The position numbers were made by a program, and so were the translations under genes. DNA of 16,536 nt, from sequence record k141_305058; one strand, written 5' to 3'. Shown one piece after another: positions 1 to 16,536 of the stretch. Below the pieces are notes generated by a model, which was not told where the DNA came from, did not search any database, and saw nothing but the letters and a program-made list of their open reading frames with translations. The DNA comes from a metagenome. How positions within the stretch are numbered: the stretch's first letter is position 1; every line of letters begins with the position of its first letter.

Positions 1-119
<119 letters not shown>

Positions 120-266
120 CGTTATTATTAAAAATCACTAAACCTCCATCCGAGACCGTGACATCTTTCATCCATCGCGGCGCGCGGTCGGTCCGTCGGG
201 CGCGCGCGCGCGGCGTGGTGCTCGCGATCACCACACCGCGATCGATGAGATTCATAGCCACATAAT

Positions 267-351
267 ACGACGCAAAAAACGCAAAAAACGCAAAGCGCGC
301 GCGACATTCGGACACATGGCGTATACGTGATCAGTGACGACGCAAAAAACG
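267..351. repeat. A-tract motif repeats: exact 15-mer ACGACGCAAAAAACG x2 plus tandem CGCAAAAAA
   Basis: The 15-mer occurs at 267-281 and 337-351. CGCAAAAAA is tandem at 271-279 and 280-288, followed by a degenerate CGCAAAG. It sits in the only AT-richer stretch at the left end of the window (about 60-350), presumably intergenic. Confidence 0.85.
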
Positions 352-372
352 TATCACCGCCGCTCGGCCGCG

Positions 373-446
<74 letters not shown>

Positions 447-478
447 AGCGCGCGCGAGCGACGCGAACGCGCTCGACT

Positions 479-11852
<11,374 letters not shown>

Positions 11853-12069
11853 GGGCGGCGAACTCTCGCACAGCTCAGTGGAACTCGGAACGCATAACGC
11901 GGTTTTTTATAGCGTGTGTGTTCGTGCAAACGAGCCCCGGCTGCATGGTGTCTGTTAGAGACCCACATCAGATAGAAAGCGAATTGTAAGAGAAATTCGA
12001 TGCGTAAAAACAACTGAGTGGTGATGTTACAATTCAATATTCGCGCGAAACGCGCTGCCGCCGCCCTAA

Positions 12070-13497
<1,428 letters not shown>

Positions 13498-13589
13498 CGC
13501 TCAAAAACGCGTTCGACAGGTTAACGAGCCAATTACGTCGCGTTTACGAGGCGCGCGCGCGCGCGAGGGCGTGCGAACGGTCCGCGCCG

Positions 13590-13621
13590 GATCCAACGCG
13601 TCCTCGCGAGCGTGTTGGATC
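13590..13621. other. imperfect 11-bp-arm palindrome / hairpin in the RecD2-like to PDK spacer
   Basis: GATCCAACGCG (13590-13600) and CGTGTTGGATC (13611-13621) are reverse complements apart from one G:T position. The 10-nt centre TCCTCGCGAG contains the palindrome CTCGCGAG. Confidence 0.6.
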
Positions 13622-13800
13622 GTCCGCGCGCTTCGGCGGACGTCGGCGTCGCCGTGCGCGCTCGTCTGAGGGGGTGCCCGAGGCGCGCGGTCTGTTTGTT
13701 GCCTTGGGCTTCGTTCGGGCTTCGGGACTCGCTCAGACGGGACGGCTTTGAAATCGCTCGAACGAGCGTGGAAGAGTTCGATTTACAAACGCTTGAATAG

Positions 13801-16536
<2,736 letters not shown>

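Overview
This window is visibly GC-rich and very gene-dense. It reads as eukaryotic nuclear DNA from a compact green-algal genome (Mamiellophyceae, Micromonas/Ostreococcus-like), not as a prokaryotic island. That assignment is an inference from four things: the gene content, the strongly GC3-biased codons, organelle-presequence-like N-termini, and a CCA-less, intron-containing tRNA followed by a Pol III T-run terminator.

The supplied ORF track uses bacterial start rules. Its 'M' at 749 and 6239 is GTG, and at 2516 and 16470 it is TTG. I re-anchored gene starts to ATG.

Nine protein genes, all apparently single-exon, alternate in orientation with spacers of 34 to about 300 bp:
- alpha/beta hydrolase (860-1762 +)
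- 2OG-Fe(II)-oxygenase-like (1803-2465 -)
- mTERF-like (2729-3709 +)
- small two-TM plastid-type protein (3933-4388 +)
- PAO/TIC55/PTC52-family Rieske oxygenase (4488-6239+ -)
- NEMF/Rqc2 ribosome-quality-control factor (6587-9796 -)
- PAT1-like mRNA-decay factor (about 10074-11852 +)
- PDK-family mitochondrial kinase (12070-13497 -)
- bacterial-type RecD2-like SF1B helicase, running off the right edge (13801-16536 -)

An intron-containing tRNA-Ala(CGC) sits at 2562-2660 (-), inside a divergent promoter.

I found no CRISPR array, transposase, integrase, toxin-antitoxin pair or defence-type module, so I do not think a novel prokaryote-style system is present. The items worth a second look are:
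- a frame discontinuity at the 5' end of the Rieske oxygenase gene that no GT-AG intron can explain
- the tRNA embedded in a 263-bp bidirectional Pol II promoter
- the head-to-head NEMF/PAT1 pair sharing a (GACGC)n-rich spacer
- the RecD2-like helicase in a eukaryotic setting
- extremely tight or overlapping transcription units
- a possible unannotated upstream exon for the hydrolase

Many long ORFs in the track are antisense or GC-driven artefacts.
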